This document shows positions 49,213 to 59,310 of a DNA stretch of 64,000 nucleotides, piece by piece. The stretch lies in contig JABWCD010000001.1 of assembly GCA_013359265.1 (NCBI GenBank), positions 41,000 through 104,999 of the forward strand, given 5' to 3'. The notes under the pieces are model-generated. The model was given only the letters and a program-made list of their open reading frames with translations. It made no database searches and was not told the origin of the DNA. Origin of the DNA: Candidatus Hydrogenedentota bacterium (GTDB taxonomy: Bacteria > Hydrogenedentota > Hydrogenedentia > Hydrogenedentales > SLHB01). The translations under genes and the position numbers were made by a program. The stretch's first letter is position 1, and each line of letters opens with the position of its first letter.

Positions 49213-50172
49213 ATGAAACGACGTGATTTCGTTCGTCGCGTAAGCCTGCTCGGACTTCTTGGCGCACTCGGGCCTCGTCACTCGGCAGGCGCGGCGGAGA
49301 CGTCCAATGCGGGCAAAAAGCCTCGCCGCTACGTTGACGTTCACACCCACATCACGCAACGGTTTGGCGAGAAGCCGCCCTTGTCGGCAAGCGAACTCGT
49401 ACGGTGGATGGACTCCGCGGAGATTGAAATCGCATTTGTTCTGCCGCTGGTCAATCCGGAGTCGTGGGACCACTTGATATCCGTCGAGTACGTGCTGCGC
49501 GAGACCGAACCGTACCGCGATCGGTTGGTGCCATCGTGCTGCATCGACCCGCGCGCGAACTACCTCAATTCGCTCGAGGCGAAGGTGAAACATCTGAAGC
49601 GGTACATCGACGCGGGCGTGAAGGGGTACGGCGAACACAAATGCGGCGTGAACATCGATGATCCACGCAACATCGAAGTGTTCGCGGCGGCGGCAGAGTT
49701 GAGGCTGCCCATCCTGTTCCATCTCGACAACGTACGGAATATGGACAGGCCGGGATTGCCGGGCTTGGCAAAAGTGCTCGAAGCCGTGCCGAACGGCATC
49801 TTCATCGGCCACGCGAACGGCTGGTGGGCAAGCATCTCCGGCGATGCGACGCAACAGGATTTTGGCGCCTACCCGAACCGCAAGACAACTCCGGGCGGCG
49901 CGATAGACGCGTTAATGGATCGATTTCCGAACATATACGGGGACTTGAGCGCGGGCAGCGGATCGAACGCGATCTTGCGCGACGTCGAGTTCGGAAAAGA
50001 GTTTCTTGTGAGGCGCGCAGACAGGCTCATGTTCGGGACGGACTATCTGATGCCGGGTCAACACGTGCCGCAATTGAGCATGTATCGGGAGATTGAGCTG
50101 CCCGTGGAAGCGCAGGAAAAAATATTCCGGAGAAACGCCGAACGGCTGTTCGGAATCTCACTGAACAATTAG
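49213..50172 (+). CDS. amidohydrolase-2 family metal-dependent hydrolase with Tat-like signal
   Basis: RRDFVRRVSLLGLLG signal; VDVHTHI metal-binding start, TIM-barrel hydrolase pattern. Confidence 0.7.
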   Translation: MKRRDFVRRVSLLGLLGALGPRHSAGAAETSNAGKKPRRYVDVHTHITQRFGEKPPLSASELVRWMDSAEIEIAFVLPLVNPESWDHLISVEYVLRETEPYRDRLVPSCCIDPRANYLNSLEAKVKHLKRYIDAGVKGYGEHKCGVNIDDPRNIEVFAAAAELRLPILFHLDNVRNMDRPGLPGLAKVLEAVPNGIFIGHANGWWASISGDATQQDFGAYPNRKTTPGGAIDALMDRFPNIYGDLSAGSGSNAILRDVEFGKEFLVRRADRLMFGTDYLMPGQHVPQLSMYREIELPVEAQEKIFRRNAERLFGISLNN

Positions 50173-50209
50173 CCGCGAGAGCACCCAACGAGTGCAAAGA
50201 AAGTATCGA

Positions 50210-50914
50210 TCATCCAACACGATCGATCACCTCCGTGAGCGACTGAATCGTCGTTCCATCGGAATCACCGGCACCCTTCCGATCGATATGTAGACCCCGA
50301 AGGCCCGCGTTTTGAGCAGCGCGCACATCGTCGTCGAGGGAATCACCAATGTGGAGGACTTCGTGCGTGAGCAAGCCAAGGCGTGCGACGGCCTGTAGAA
50401 AGATTTCCGGAGACGGCTTGCTCACGCCCGCTTCAGCGGACGTAAGGATGAACTGAAAACGGTTGGCGACTCCCATCGCGTGCATTAATCGCGGGAGGCG
50501 CGAGTCCCAATTCGACACGATGGCAATGGGGATGCCGCGGTCGCGCAACGCGTCGAGAGCCGGCATAACGTCACCGTACAGTCGCCAAACCTCGGGTTCT
50601 TCAAACCGCAGGTAGAGCGATTCGAAGAAAGTCTCAAAACCATCGCCGAACGAATCCAGACCCACGGCGTCGTCGAATACCCGCTCTACCAGCTTCCGCC
50701 ACCATTCGCGCTCGATTGCCTCGGACGTGTGGAACGGAGACGTGCCGTCCGCGTAGGGGCGAAGTTCCCGCCACACCTTGCGGAACACGGCGCTAAGCGA
50801 TTCGGTTGCTGCGCTCACCCCGAAGCGTTCGGCTTCCCGCGCATATATTTCGCCGACGGATGGATACACGTGCAGAAGTGTGCCCGCAGCGTCAAAGAAA
50901 ACGGCTCGAACCAT
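50210..50914 (-). CDS. HAD-IA family hydrolase
   Basis: Motif I VFFDAAGTL, motif III/IV IGDSLDDDVRAA. Confidence 0.75.
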   Translation of the reverse strand: MVRAVFFDAAGTLLHVYPSVGEIYAREAERFGVSAATESLSAVFRKVWRELRPYADGTSPFHTSEAIEREWWRKLVERVFDDAVGLDSFGDGFETFFESLYLRFEEPEVWRLYGDVMPALDALRDRGIPIAIVSNWDSRLPRLMHAMGVANRFQFILTSAEAGVSKPSPEIFLQAVARLGLLTHEVLHIGDSLDDDVRAAQNAGLRGLHIDRKGAGDSDGTTIQSLTEVIDRVG

Positions 50915-51161
50915 CGTCCGACTATACCACGGAAGATCGGGAACCGCACCAGGCAATACGTGTGGCCGAATGGGCCTCGTTGACTTCGCCGACGGCTACG
51001 CAAGCCATGTTGGCGCTGCGTCCTGTACGGGACGCGACTGCATTCGCCCGTGCGGACAGATTGTTGGGGGGTTAATCCGGCACGCAGCACATACGGTCCG
51101 AATGCCAGCTTCTCCGTGATGGAAGAATCGGACATCCCACAGCGTACATGCGGCCGCCTTT

Positions 51162-52532
51162 TTATCCGTTTAGCTCCTTGATCTTGTCTTCGATTAACTT
51201 GCGAATCTCCGCGAGACGCTCCGGGTTCTCCGCTTCGCACCGCATAACGAGAACCGGCGACGTGTTTGACGCGCGCACGAGGCCCCAGCCGTCGTCAAAC
51301 TCGATGCGCGCGCCGTCGATGGTATTCACGTTCAACTTCAGTTCGTTTTTGAAGTAGTGGGTCGCCGCTTTCACGATGTCGAACTTTTTCGCCTCCGTCG
51401 TTTCGATCCGCACCTCGGGCGTGTTGTACATCTTGGGCACGTTTGCAAAATGTTCGGATAACGGTTTCTTGCTCGCGGCGACGATCTCCAGCAGGCGCGC
51501 CCCCGCGTAAATCGCGTCGTCGAAGCCGTACCAGCGGTGCTTGAAAAACATGTGCCCGCTCATTTCGCCGGCGAGCTGCGACTTGTGCTTCTTCATCGCC
51601 GCCTTGATGAGCGAATGCCCCGTCTTCCACATCACCGGCTTCCCGCCGTGCTTCGCAATGTCCGCGTACAACGTGCGCGAACTTTTCACCTCCCCGATAA
51701 TCGTCGCCTTCGGTTTCGCCTTCAGCACGGCGCGCGCGAACAGGATCAGCAACTGGTCGCCAAAAATCACATTGCCCGTCTCGTCCACCGCCCCGATTCG
51801 GTCGGTGTCGCCGTCGTACGCGATGCCCAGGTCGGCCTTGGCGCTCCGGACCTTCGCGATGAGGTCCTTGAGGTTCTCCGGGACCGTCGGGTCGGGATGA
51901 TGGTTCGGGAACGTCCCGTCCACGTCGCAATACAGTGGAATGACTTTGCAGCCCAGTTGCTTGTACAACGGCACGCCGACCGGGCCGCCCGTGCCGTTGC
52001 CGCCATCTAGCACCACCTTCAGTTTGCGCTTGAGCTTGATATCGCCCGCGACGCGCTTCAGATATTTCGGCACAATGTCCATCCGCGTGATCGTCACCGG
52101 GCCGCCCTTGCCCCGCGGAAACTTCCCCGCCTGGGCGATCTTCATCAACTTCTGGATGTCATGACCGTGAATGGTCGACTCTCCGACGGCCACCTTCATT
52201 CCGTTGTATTCTTTCGGGTTGTGGCTCGCCGTGATCATCACACCGCCGTCTACCGGCAGTGTGAACAGTCCGAAGTACAACAACCCCGTCGGCACTTCGC
52301 CGATATCGATTACGTTGACCCCGCACGACGTAATGCCCTCGATCAGCGCGTTCGCGTACGCTTTCGACGTGACGCGCCCGTCACGCCCCACCACCAGGCA
52401 TTTCTTCTTCAGCTTGCCCTTCATGAATGCGCAGACCGCCCTGCCAACCGTTTCGTACGTCGTCTCGTCGAGGTCTTTGCCTGCGATGCCGCGAATGTCG
52501 TACTCGCGGAAAATATGCGGATGGATTTGCAT
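51162..52532 (-). CDS. phosphomannomutase/phosphoglucomutase (alpha-D-phosphohexomutase)
   Basis: Active-site TASHNP, metal loop DGDTDR, sugar loop GEMSGH. Confidence 0.85.
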   Translation of the reverse strand: MQIHPHIFREYDIRGIAGKDLDETTYETVGRAVCAFMKGKLKKKCLVVGRDGRVTSKAYANALIEGITSCGVNVIDIGEVPTGLLYFGLFTLPVDGGVMITASHNPKEYNGMKVAVGESTIHGHDIQKLMKIAQAGKFPRGKGGPVTITRMDIVPKYLKRVAGDIKLKRKLKVVLDGGNGTGGPVGVPLYKQLGCKVIPLYCDVDGTFPNHHPDPTVPENLKDLIAKVRSAKADLGIAYDGDTDRIGAVDETGNVIFGDQLLILFARAVLKAKPKATIIGEVKSSRTLYADIAKHGGKPVMWKTGHSLIKAAMKKHKSQLAGEMSGHMFFKHRWYGFDDAIYAGARLLEIVAASKKPLSEHFANVPKMYNTPEVRIETTEAKKFDIVKAATHYFKNELKLNVNTIDGARIEFDDGWGLVRASNTSPVLVMRCEAENPERLAEIRKLIEDKIKELNG

Positions 52533-52620
52533 TGAAAACTCCCTGAAAACGTGCTTTGGACCCCAAACAACGGCGAAAGCGTAGCAAGCATCGCGCGGTT
52601 GCCGCAACGTATGCGGCATC

Positions 52621-52670
52621 CCAAGAAACGCGCGCGGCGCGAGAGCGATACTGACCTCTCGCGCCGCGCG
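52621..52670 (-). terminator. candidate rho-independent terminator after amt
   Basis: Perfect 15-bp inverted repeat 52631-52645/52656-52670 with 10-nt loop; minus strand continues CGCGTTTCTTGG. Confidence 0.45.
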
Positions 52671-52701
52671 GGTCTATTGCGACGGCAAACGTGTTGCCAG
52701 G

Positions 52702-54120
52702 TTAGGTCAGGTTGTAGCCCGCCTCGTTGTGACCCGTCGTATCGAGACCTTCGGTCTCCGCCGCCTCGTCCACGCGCAGACCAACAATGAGATCAACGAC
52801 CTTGTACAGGATGGCGGACACGATACCGCAATATAGGATCGTCACAGCGCATGTAATGGCCTGTGTCGTCATCTGCGGCCCAAAGCCCGGGTACGCCGCG
52901 TACGTCCCGCCCAACGCCGGGTTCGCGAACACGCCGGTCAGCATCGCGCCGACAAGTCCGCCAACACCGTGGACACCGAACGCATCGAGCGAGTCGTCGT
53001 ATCCAAGCGCCTTCTTCACACTAGTGGCAGCGATAAAGCACACCACCGAGACTATGACGCCGATTGCGAGCGCGCCAATGGGGCCCGCGGTTCCGGATGC
53101 AGGTGTGATTGCGACAAGGCCGGCGACGGCGCCGGTGATTGCGCCCAACGCGCTCGGCTTGCCGTGCTTGATCCATTCAATCACCATCCAGGTAAAGGCC
53201 GCCGTTGCCGCGCAGATGTGCGTAACAAGCATCGCCATGCCCGCCGTGCCGTTCGCAGCCACCGCGCTGCCGGCATTGAACCCGAACCACCCAACCCACA
53301 GCATGCCGGCGCCGGTCACCGCCATCGTCATGTTGTGCGGCATCATCGGGGTCGTCGGATATCCCCTGCGTTTGCCGACCATAAGCGCGCCCACAAGTGC
53401 CGCGATTCCCGCGTTAATGTGAACGACAGTACCACCGGCGAAATCAAGCGCGCCCATGTCGAAGAACCACGCCCCCGCGCCGCCCCACACCATGTGGGCA
53501 ATCGGGCTATACACGAAGACCGACCACAGGCAGCAGAACAGCAGCACCGCGGAAAACTTCATGCGCTCGGCGAAAGCGCCGATGATCAGTGCGGGCGTAA
53601 TGATTGCAAACGTGCTCTGGAACGCGATGAACACGGTCTCCGGAATGGTGAGCGTCAAGGAATCGACCCCCACACCCTTCAAGAAAAGCTTGCCGAAGCC
53701 GCCAACATACTTGTTCATCGAGCCTGTCGTATCGAATGCGATCGAGTACCCAACGATCACCCAAAGCACCGTGATTGCAGCCGTAATCGCGAAACACTGC
53801 ATCAGGATCGACAACACGTTCTTCGACCGCACCAGGCCGCCGTAGAACAGCGACAGCCCCGGAATCGTCATGAACAACACCAGCGCCATCGAGGTCAACA
53901 TCCACGCCGTGTCACCGCTATTCAGTTCCGGCGCCGGTGCCGGTGCGGCCGCCTCTTCCGTAGCCACCTCGTCTGCCGGAGCCGCATCCGTGGCGGCGGC
54001 GTCCGCTGGCGGGTCCTGCGCAAGCGCGGGCAACGCCACAAAGGTCATCATCATCAGAAGGACCGCGACGAGCAGGCCCCCCGTTAATGTCGTCCCCAGT
54101 TTCAACCCAAACAATCGCAT
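52702..54120 (-). CDS. amt: ammonium transporter
   Basis: 11-TM Amt/MEP family, signal peptide, conserved DFAGG, twin-His region. Confidence 0.9.
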   Translation of the reverse strand: MRLFGLKLGTTLTGGLLVAVLLMMMTFVALPALAQDPPADAAATDAAPADEVATEEAAAPAPAPELNSGDTAWMLTSMALVLFMTIPGLSLFYGGLVRSKNVLSILMQCFAITAAITVLWVIVGYSIAFDTTGSMNKYVGGFGKLFLKGVGVDSLTLTIPETVFIAFQSTFAIITPALIIGAFAERMKFSAVLLFCCLWSVFVYSPIAHMVWGGAGAWFFDMGALDFAGGTVVHINAGIAALVGALMVGKRRGYPTTPMMPHNMTMAVTGAGMLWVGWFGFNAGSAVAANGTAGMAMLVTHICAATAAFTWMVIEWIKHGKPSALGAITGAVAGLVAITPASGTAGPIGALAIGVIVSVVCFIAATSVKKALGYDDSLDAFGVHGVGGLVGAMLTGVFANPALGGTYAAYPGFGPQMTTQAITCAVTILYCGIVSAILYKVVDLIVGLRVDEAAETEGLDTTGHNEAGYNLT

Positions 54121-54244
54121 TTCGTGTCTCCTTAAACATGCCCGCTGATCGCGCCACCCGCGTTCAGGGCTCCCGTTACCGGCGGCACCGCGTCACCACC
54201 CGGGACCGCCGCCTTTCGTTCAGTTCCTACGCACCCGACAGGAC

Positions 54245-54634
<390 letters not shown>

Positions 54635-54684
54635 CTAGTGGAAACGCCCGGAATGTCGTGCACGACATGTTTGACGCCCGGTAC

Positions 54685-54700
54685 AGCAACGGCTGTGCCA
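54685..54700 (-). promoter_or_regulatory. candidate sigma54 (-24/-12) promoter for glnK-amt
   Basis: Minus-strand TGGCAC-AGCCG-TTGCT about 85 nt upstream of glnK start. Confidence 0.35.
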
Positions 54701-54955
54701 ATGTGAAAAATGAGTTAGGCCATCAGGACTCCGCGCCGTTGTCTAAGTTCCTGTATTTAGTAGCCTTTCGAGCTTTGACAAATTCCTCAACGTAAACGTA
54801 GATACCGTTGCTCACCATGACGAAACTGTAGCTGCACATCGCAGACCCTACATTCACGTATGATTTTCTATCCCGCACGACTTGTGGCCCTCGCGACCGA
54901 ACACCCATCTGCGAGCGGAGTCAACCAACGCCAATCCATGTCCATAAAACATGCC

Positions 54956-54984
54956 TATTGACTTGGACGACTACTTTATGTATT
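54956..54984 (+). promoter_or_regulatory. candidate sigma70 promoter for wHTH regulator gene
   Basis: TTGACT - 17 nt - TATTCT in AT-rich spacer, about 60 nt upstream of 55044. Confidence 0.3.
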
Positions 54985-55043
54985 CTTCACCTGTTGAACG
55001 TGATATCGATTGTCATGTAACGCGGTGAAGTAGACTGCAACCA

Positions 55044-55664
55044 GTGATTGCTCTGACGGTGGGAAGAACAGCCAAATCGCCCAGGGGGAACGAAACCCTC
55101 AGCGCCCTGCTCGGCTCCGGCGCACGCGCCGAAGTGTTGCGCCTGTTCCTCATCGATCCCATGCGGGACTACTACCAGCGCCAGATCGAAGCGGCCACGG
55201 GGCTTCCTATCCGCGCCGTGCAACGCGAACTCGAGCGCCTCGCTAAGATCCGCCTTCTCTACCGGCGCAACGAAGGCAATCGCACCTACTACCAGGTCGA
55301 TACGCAGTTCCCCCTGTTTCACGATCTGCGCAGCCTCTTTCTCCGCGCCGGCGGGCCGCTCGACCGGGTCCGCGGCGACGCCGCCATCGACCCCACCGTC
55401 ATCCTGCTGATCCACAGCGAGAAGGAAAACCGGCTGCTGATGGTGTACACGGGCCGTCGCGCGCCCGAGATCGGCGCAACGGAATTGCTGCCAATGGACG
55501 CGCTGACGCGCGACGAATTCATGCTCGGACTGGCTGGTGAAGACCCCCGCATCGACGAGTTTCTGCGCACCGGCGTGGACCTGCTCGGCCGGCGGGAGGA
55601 CGTCATTTGGCGGCGCATCGAAGCCGCCGGTTACGACGTCCCGAAAGGAAAGGGTGTGGCATAG
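55044..55664 (+). CDS. winged-helix transcriptional regulator with uncharacterised C-terminal domain
   Basis: N-terminal wHTH (ARAEVLRLFL...GLPIRAVQRELERLAKIRLL); 206 aa; stop 1 nt before next gene. Confidence 0.55.
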   Translation: MIALTVGRTAKSPRGNETLSALLGSGARAEVLRLFLIDPMRDYYQRQIEAATGLPIRAVQRELERLAKIRLLYRRNEGNRTYYQVDTQFPLFHDLRSLFLRAGGPLDRVRGDAAIDPTVILLIHSEKENRLLMVYTGRRAPEIGATELLPMDALTRDEFMLGLAGEDPRIDEFLRTGVDLLGRREDVIWRRIEAAGYDVPKGKGVA

Positions 55665-55665
55665 C

Positions 55666-57099
55666 ATGCGAAGTGCGATTGACATCCAGCGCCTGTGCGA
55701 GTCGTGGTGGGAACGTCTTGCCGATTCCACCCGCGACGACCAGCACCGCTTTGCGGAGAAGTTCCTGGCCCTGCTCGGTTGGACCGACCACGACCAGGTC
55801 GAACCCGCCGCGGTGCCCGGCCTGCCCAGCACGGCGGCCTACGTCATCCGTCTGAAGTCGCACGCCCCGCTTGTCACCTACTTCACGTTGCCGGGCATGC
55901 TCGAACCACCCGCCGCCGTCGTCAAGCGCGGGCTCGACTTCTGCGAAACCACCCGCACCCTCGTGGACACCAACCGCTTCTTCAACGCCGGGTACGCCTT
56001 CGTCACCGATTTGTTCCGTTCGTATCTCTACGACGCGCGGACCGACGAACTCCTTCTTTACGCCGACGCGCCCGCGCAGTTTACGCAGGAGTTTGGCGAC
56101 GTCCTGGGCAAGGACCGCGTCGAGGCGGGTTCGCTCGACGAAGTCCGCCGCCAACCCCGCAGCTACACCGCGCGCCAACTGCGCGAATGGATTCAGCGCT
56201 GGTCCGAAACCTTGTGCGTGGACTGGCGCGCGCCCGAGGAAATCGCGTGGCTCGCGCTCGACCGTCTCGTCGCGCTGCGCTACATCTGCGAGCGCGATCT
56301 CGCGAAAAAACCCGGCTGGCAGCACGTGCAGGACTTCGAGCGCCTCATGACGCTCGCGATCAACGGCCGTTCCGAGGGCATCGGCCGCCAACTCATCGGT
56401 CTATTCACCGACGTGCACCAGGCCTGGGGCGCCGACCTGTTTGCGCCGCAGCCGCCGCTCGAAGCCACCTTCGAACAGGACGGCCTCGCCGGCCCGCTCC
56501 TGCGCGAACTGGCCCTGCTCTCGAAGGCGAAGTTCTCGATCCCCACCGTCCTCGAAAGCTTCAACTACGGCGACGCCACGGAAAAGGCGCGCGTCCGCAT
56601 GATCCCCGAGGTGAACGAGGACCGCCAGATGTACCTCGCGCAGCGCACCGCCGCGAACGTGGACGCGACGCAGATCGAACTCGACGTCGCGGACGAAGGC
56701 TATCGCGCGATCGCGCACTGGCTCGACCAACTGATCGACACGTTCGAGCGCCTCCACGTCGAATACGAAACCGCCCCGAACGTCAAACCCGCCGCGAACG
56801 AAGACATGGACCTCTTCGGCTGGTCCGAACGCGACTCGCTCGTGCCGCTCGCGTTCACGGACACCGTCCACCACGCCGCGGAGCACTGCGTCACGATCTA
56901 CTGCTCGTCCCCGCGCCAGTACCGCACCGCGCGATTGATTCTGTATCTGCACCTCGTCGAACGGTTCACCAAGTCCAGCGCGCGCTTCCACGGCTTCCCC
57001 AGCTTAGAAACCGTGTTCAAGCGCCGTCCGAACGTACTCGAAACCGATCGCCGCAGAATCTTCCAGCCCCAACGCGAAAGCGAGTGGGAAGTTATCTAA
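55666..57099 (+). CDS. hypothetical protein (477 aa), no recognisable domain
   Basis: ATG at 55666 immediately after regulator stop; coherent codon usage; C-terminal HAAEH (HxxEH-like) motif of uncertain meaning. Confidence 0.5.
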   Translation: MRSAIDIQRLCESWWERLADSTRDDQHRFAEKFLALLGWTDHDQVEPAAVPGLPSTAAYVIRLKSHAPLVTYFTLPGMLEPPAAVVKRGLDFCETTRTLVDTNRFFNAGYAFVTDLFRSYLYDARTDELLLYADAPAQFTQEFGDVLGKDRVEAGSLDEVRRQPRSYTARQLREWIQRWSETLCVDWRAPEEIAWLALDRLVALRYICERDLAKKPGWQHVQDFERLMTLAINGRSEGIGRQLIGLFTDVHQAWGADLFAPQPPLEATFEQDGLAGPLLRELALLSKAKFSIPTVLESFNYGDATEKARVRMIPEVNEDRQMYLAQRTAANVDATQIELDVADEGYRAIAHWLDQLIDTFERLHVEYETAPNVKPAANEDMDLFGWSERDSLVPLAFTDTVHHAAEHCVTIYCSSPRQYRTARLILYLHLVERFTKSSARFHGFPSLETVFKRRPNVLETDRRRIFQPQRESEWEVI

Positions 57100-57253
57100 T
57101 CCCGATGCACACCGGAGTAGCAGTACCGTGCTCGTACTCGTAGTTCTTCGCGTATTCCTCGTCAGCTTTCTCGCCTTGATCGAAGCTCCCGCACGCCCGT
57201 AATTCGGGCCGTGGATAGCATCCCGCAAAAGGAGCTCGGCCTTCTATACAATC

Positions 57254-57370
57254 TCGTGCTCATGCTCATCCTCGTGCTCGTGCTCGTGCTCGTGCTCGTA
57301 ATCGTAATCGTAATCGATTCAGTTCGAGTGTCGAGCCACGAGTACGATGACGACTCACGAGCACGAGCAC
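57254..57370. repeat. hexanucleotide microsatellite block (CTCGTG)n-(AATCGT)3 ... (CACGAG)n, potential long hairpin
   Basis: Direct reading of tandem hexamers; same composite units at 19721-19758. Confidence 0.7.
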
Positions 57371-57471
57371 GTTTTCCTCGTTATCTCTGCTTTGCTCCTC
57401 CCACCACGCGGTTGCACTTCCTCCCCATCAAGATCACAATACCCCCATTCACATCGGGGGGAACACCGGCC

Positions 57472-59238
57472 ATGCGCGCAATTCGTTTCTCGATTCTTCT
57501 CGGCTTCGCCGCCGCTGTCTCCGCCGTCGCGGTAGAATCCATCCCGGACAAGACCGTCGTCCTAACCTTCGACGATGCCGTAAAGTCGCACCGCACGTTC
57601 GTAGGCCCGCTGCTGAAGGAATACGGGTTCGGCGCGAGCTTCTTCGTGACCGCCCTCTGGATGTCGGACACCGAAAACTTCATGAACTGGCAGGACATCG
57701 CCGAACTGCACCAGATGGGCTTCGAGATTGGCAACCACAGTTGGAGTCACTCGAACTTCGGCAACCCGAAATACGCCGCTCAACTCGAAGGCCAAATCTT
57801 CCTCGTCGAACAGGAACTCGCGAAGGCCGGCGTCCCCAAGCCCACGAGCTTCGCGTGGTGCGGCAACACGTTCTCGCCCGAAGGCGTTGACGTGCTGAAG
57901 AAATGCGGCTACACGCTCGCCCGGCGCGGCATGCAACCCGAGATCCCCTACGGCCAGATCAAGCCCGGCCCGATGTATGCACCCGCGAACTACGACCCGC
58001 TGCTCATCCCGTCCGCGGGCGACGCGTATCCAAGCTGGACGCTCGACGACTTCAAGCGCGTCGTCGACCGCGCGAAAGACGGCACAATCGCCGTTGTCCA
58101 GTTCCACGGCGTGCCCGACATCGCGCACCCCTGGGTCCACACCCCGCCCGAACGGTTCCGCGAATACATGGACTACCTCAAGCAAAACGGTTTCAACGTG
58201 ATTGCGATGCGCGGCCTCGCGCGCTACATCGACCCGGAACAACCGGCGAAAGACGCCATGACCATGGTCCGTTACACCTCCCAGCCCGTCGACCTCCCCG
58301 CCGAAGTCCACGCCACCCGCGCGAACCCCGCGTTCTGGTTCAACGTTATGAAAGCGCACAACTACACCGAAGAGGAGCTCGCTTCGGTGTTCGGCTGGCC
58401 CGTCAAAACGTTGCAGGCGCGCGCGCCGAAATTCGCGGACGTGCCGCCTGCATGGCCGCCCGCCGGCAAGAAACCCCGCATCGTCGTCCTCCCCTATCCG
58501 GGCGGACGCCACCCCCGCATCGGGTTCCTCGACGGCGCGGTCAGCCCGCTGCGCGGCTCGAAAGTCAGCATCTTCGCCCCGTGGCAGGACGGCGATCGGG
58601 AATCGACAGGAGCGCGGGCGCCCGGACCTCGGACCGATCCGAACTACGTCGTGCTCGATATTCCCGAGGCCATCTTCAGCAACCTCGGGCTGACGTTCCT
58701 TGCGCACACCCACGTGCAAAGCATGTGGGACAAGCAACACCAGCCCATCGAAAACAACGACTGGGAACTGCTTCCCAACGGCGATCTCGAAAACGAATGG
58801 ACCTTGCCCAACAACATAAAGTTCGGCGCGCGCGTCATGCCCAAGGAGGACGCCGTCGATCTCGAACTCTGGCTCGAGAACGGCTCCGGACAACCGCTAA
58901 CGGGCCTCCGCACCCAAATCTGCGCCATGCTCAAGGGCATGCCCGGCTTCAACGCACAAACGAAAGACAATAAACGGTTCGACGGAAGCGTCGCGTCTAC
59001 CAGGATGGACAGCGGGGAACGCGAAATCCTGATCGCGTTCGACCGCTGCGGCCGCGTCTGGGGCAATGAAAAATGCCCCTGCATGCACTCCGACCCTGTC
59101 CTACCCGACGCCGCCCCCGGCCAACGCGTCAGCGTCAAGGGACGCCTCTGGTTCCTCGACGCGATCGCGAATCGTGACAAGGAAGTCCGCCGCGCCCAAA
59201 GAGAATTCGCCGCGCTCGAACGCCCACCGGTGAAGTAA
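57472..59238 (+). CDS. polysaccharide deacetylase (CE4-like) with C-terminal extension, secreted
   Basis: Signal MRAIRFSILLGFAAAVSA; CE4 motifs LTFDDA, HSWSH; ATG at 57472. Confidence 0.75.
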   Translation: MRAIRFSILLGFAAAVSAVAVESIPDKTVVLTFDDAVKSHRTFVGPLLKEYGFGASFFVTALWMSDTENFMNWQDIAELHQMGFEIGNHSWSHSNFGNPKYAAQLEGQIFLVEQELAKAGVPKPTSFAWCGNTFSPEGVDVLKKCGYTLARRGMQPEIPYGQIKPGPMYAPANYDPLLIPSAGDAYPSWTLDDFKRVVDRAKDGTIAVVQFHGVPDIAHPWVHTPPERFREYMDYLKQNGFNVIAMRGLARYIDPEQPAKDAMTMVRYTSQPVDLPAEVHATRANPAFWFNVMKAHNYTEEELASVFGWPVKTLQARAPKFADVPPAWPPAGKKPRIVVLPYPGGRHPRIGFLDGAVSPLRGSKVSIFAPWQDGDRESTGARAPGPRTDPNYVVLDIPEAIFSNLGLTFLAHTHVQSMWDKQHQPIENNDWELLPNGDLENEWTLPNNIKFGARVMPKEDAVDLELWLENGSGQPLTGLRTQICAMLKGMPGFNAQTKDNKRFDGSVASTRMDSGEREILIAFDRCGRVWGNEKCPCMHSDPVLPDAAPGQRVSVKGRLWFLDAIANRDKEVRRAQREFAALERPPVK

Positions 59239-59240
59239 AG

Positions 59241-59310
59241 CTCTCGTTCTCAACTGGAAAGTCGGGAACGAGGAGGGTACTGGAAAGTTGAGAACGAGGA
59301 GGGAACACAA
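59241..59310. repeat. repeat family A partial tandem copies
   Basis: CTGGAAAGTCGGGAACGAGGAGG and CTGGAAAGTTGAGAACGAGGAGG units. Confidence 0.6.

Noticed and set aside
47917-49854. 645-aa minus-strand ORF
   Set aside because: Overlaps the GH13-like gene and the amidohydrolase gene on the opposite strand. Composition is antisense-like and no motifs are present.
54987-55832. 281-aa minus-strand ORF
   Set aside because: Antisense to the wHTH regulator gene, which has coherent HTH motifs and tight coupling to the next gene.
57211-57471. N-terminal extension of deacetylase ORF (LVLMLILVLVLVLVLVIVIVI)
   Set aside because: Translation of the hexanucleotide microsatellite; the real start is ATG 57472, which is followed by a signal peptide.
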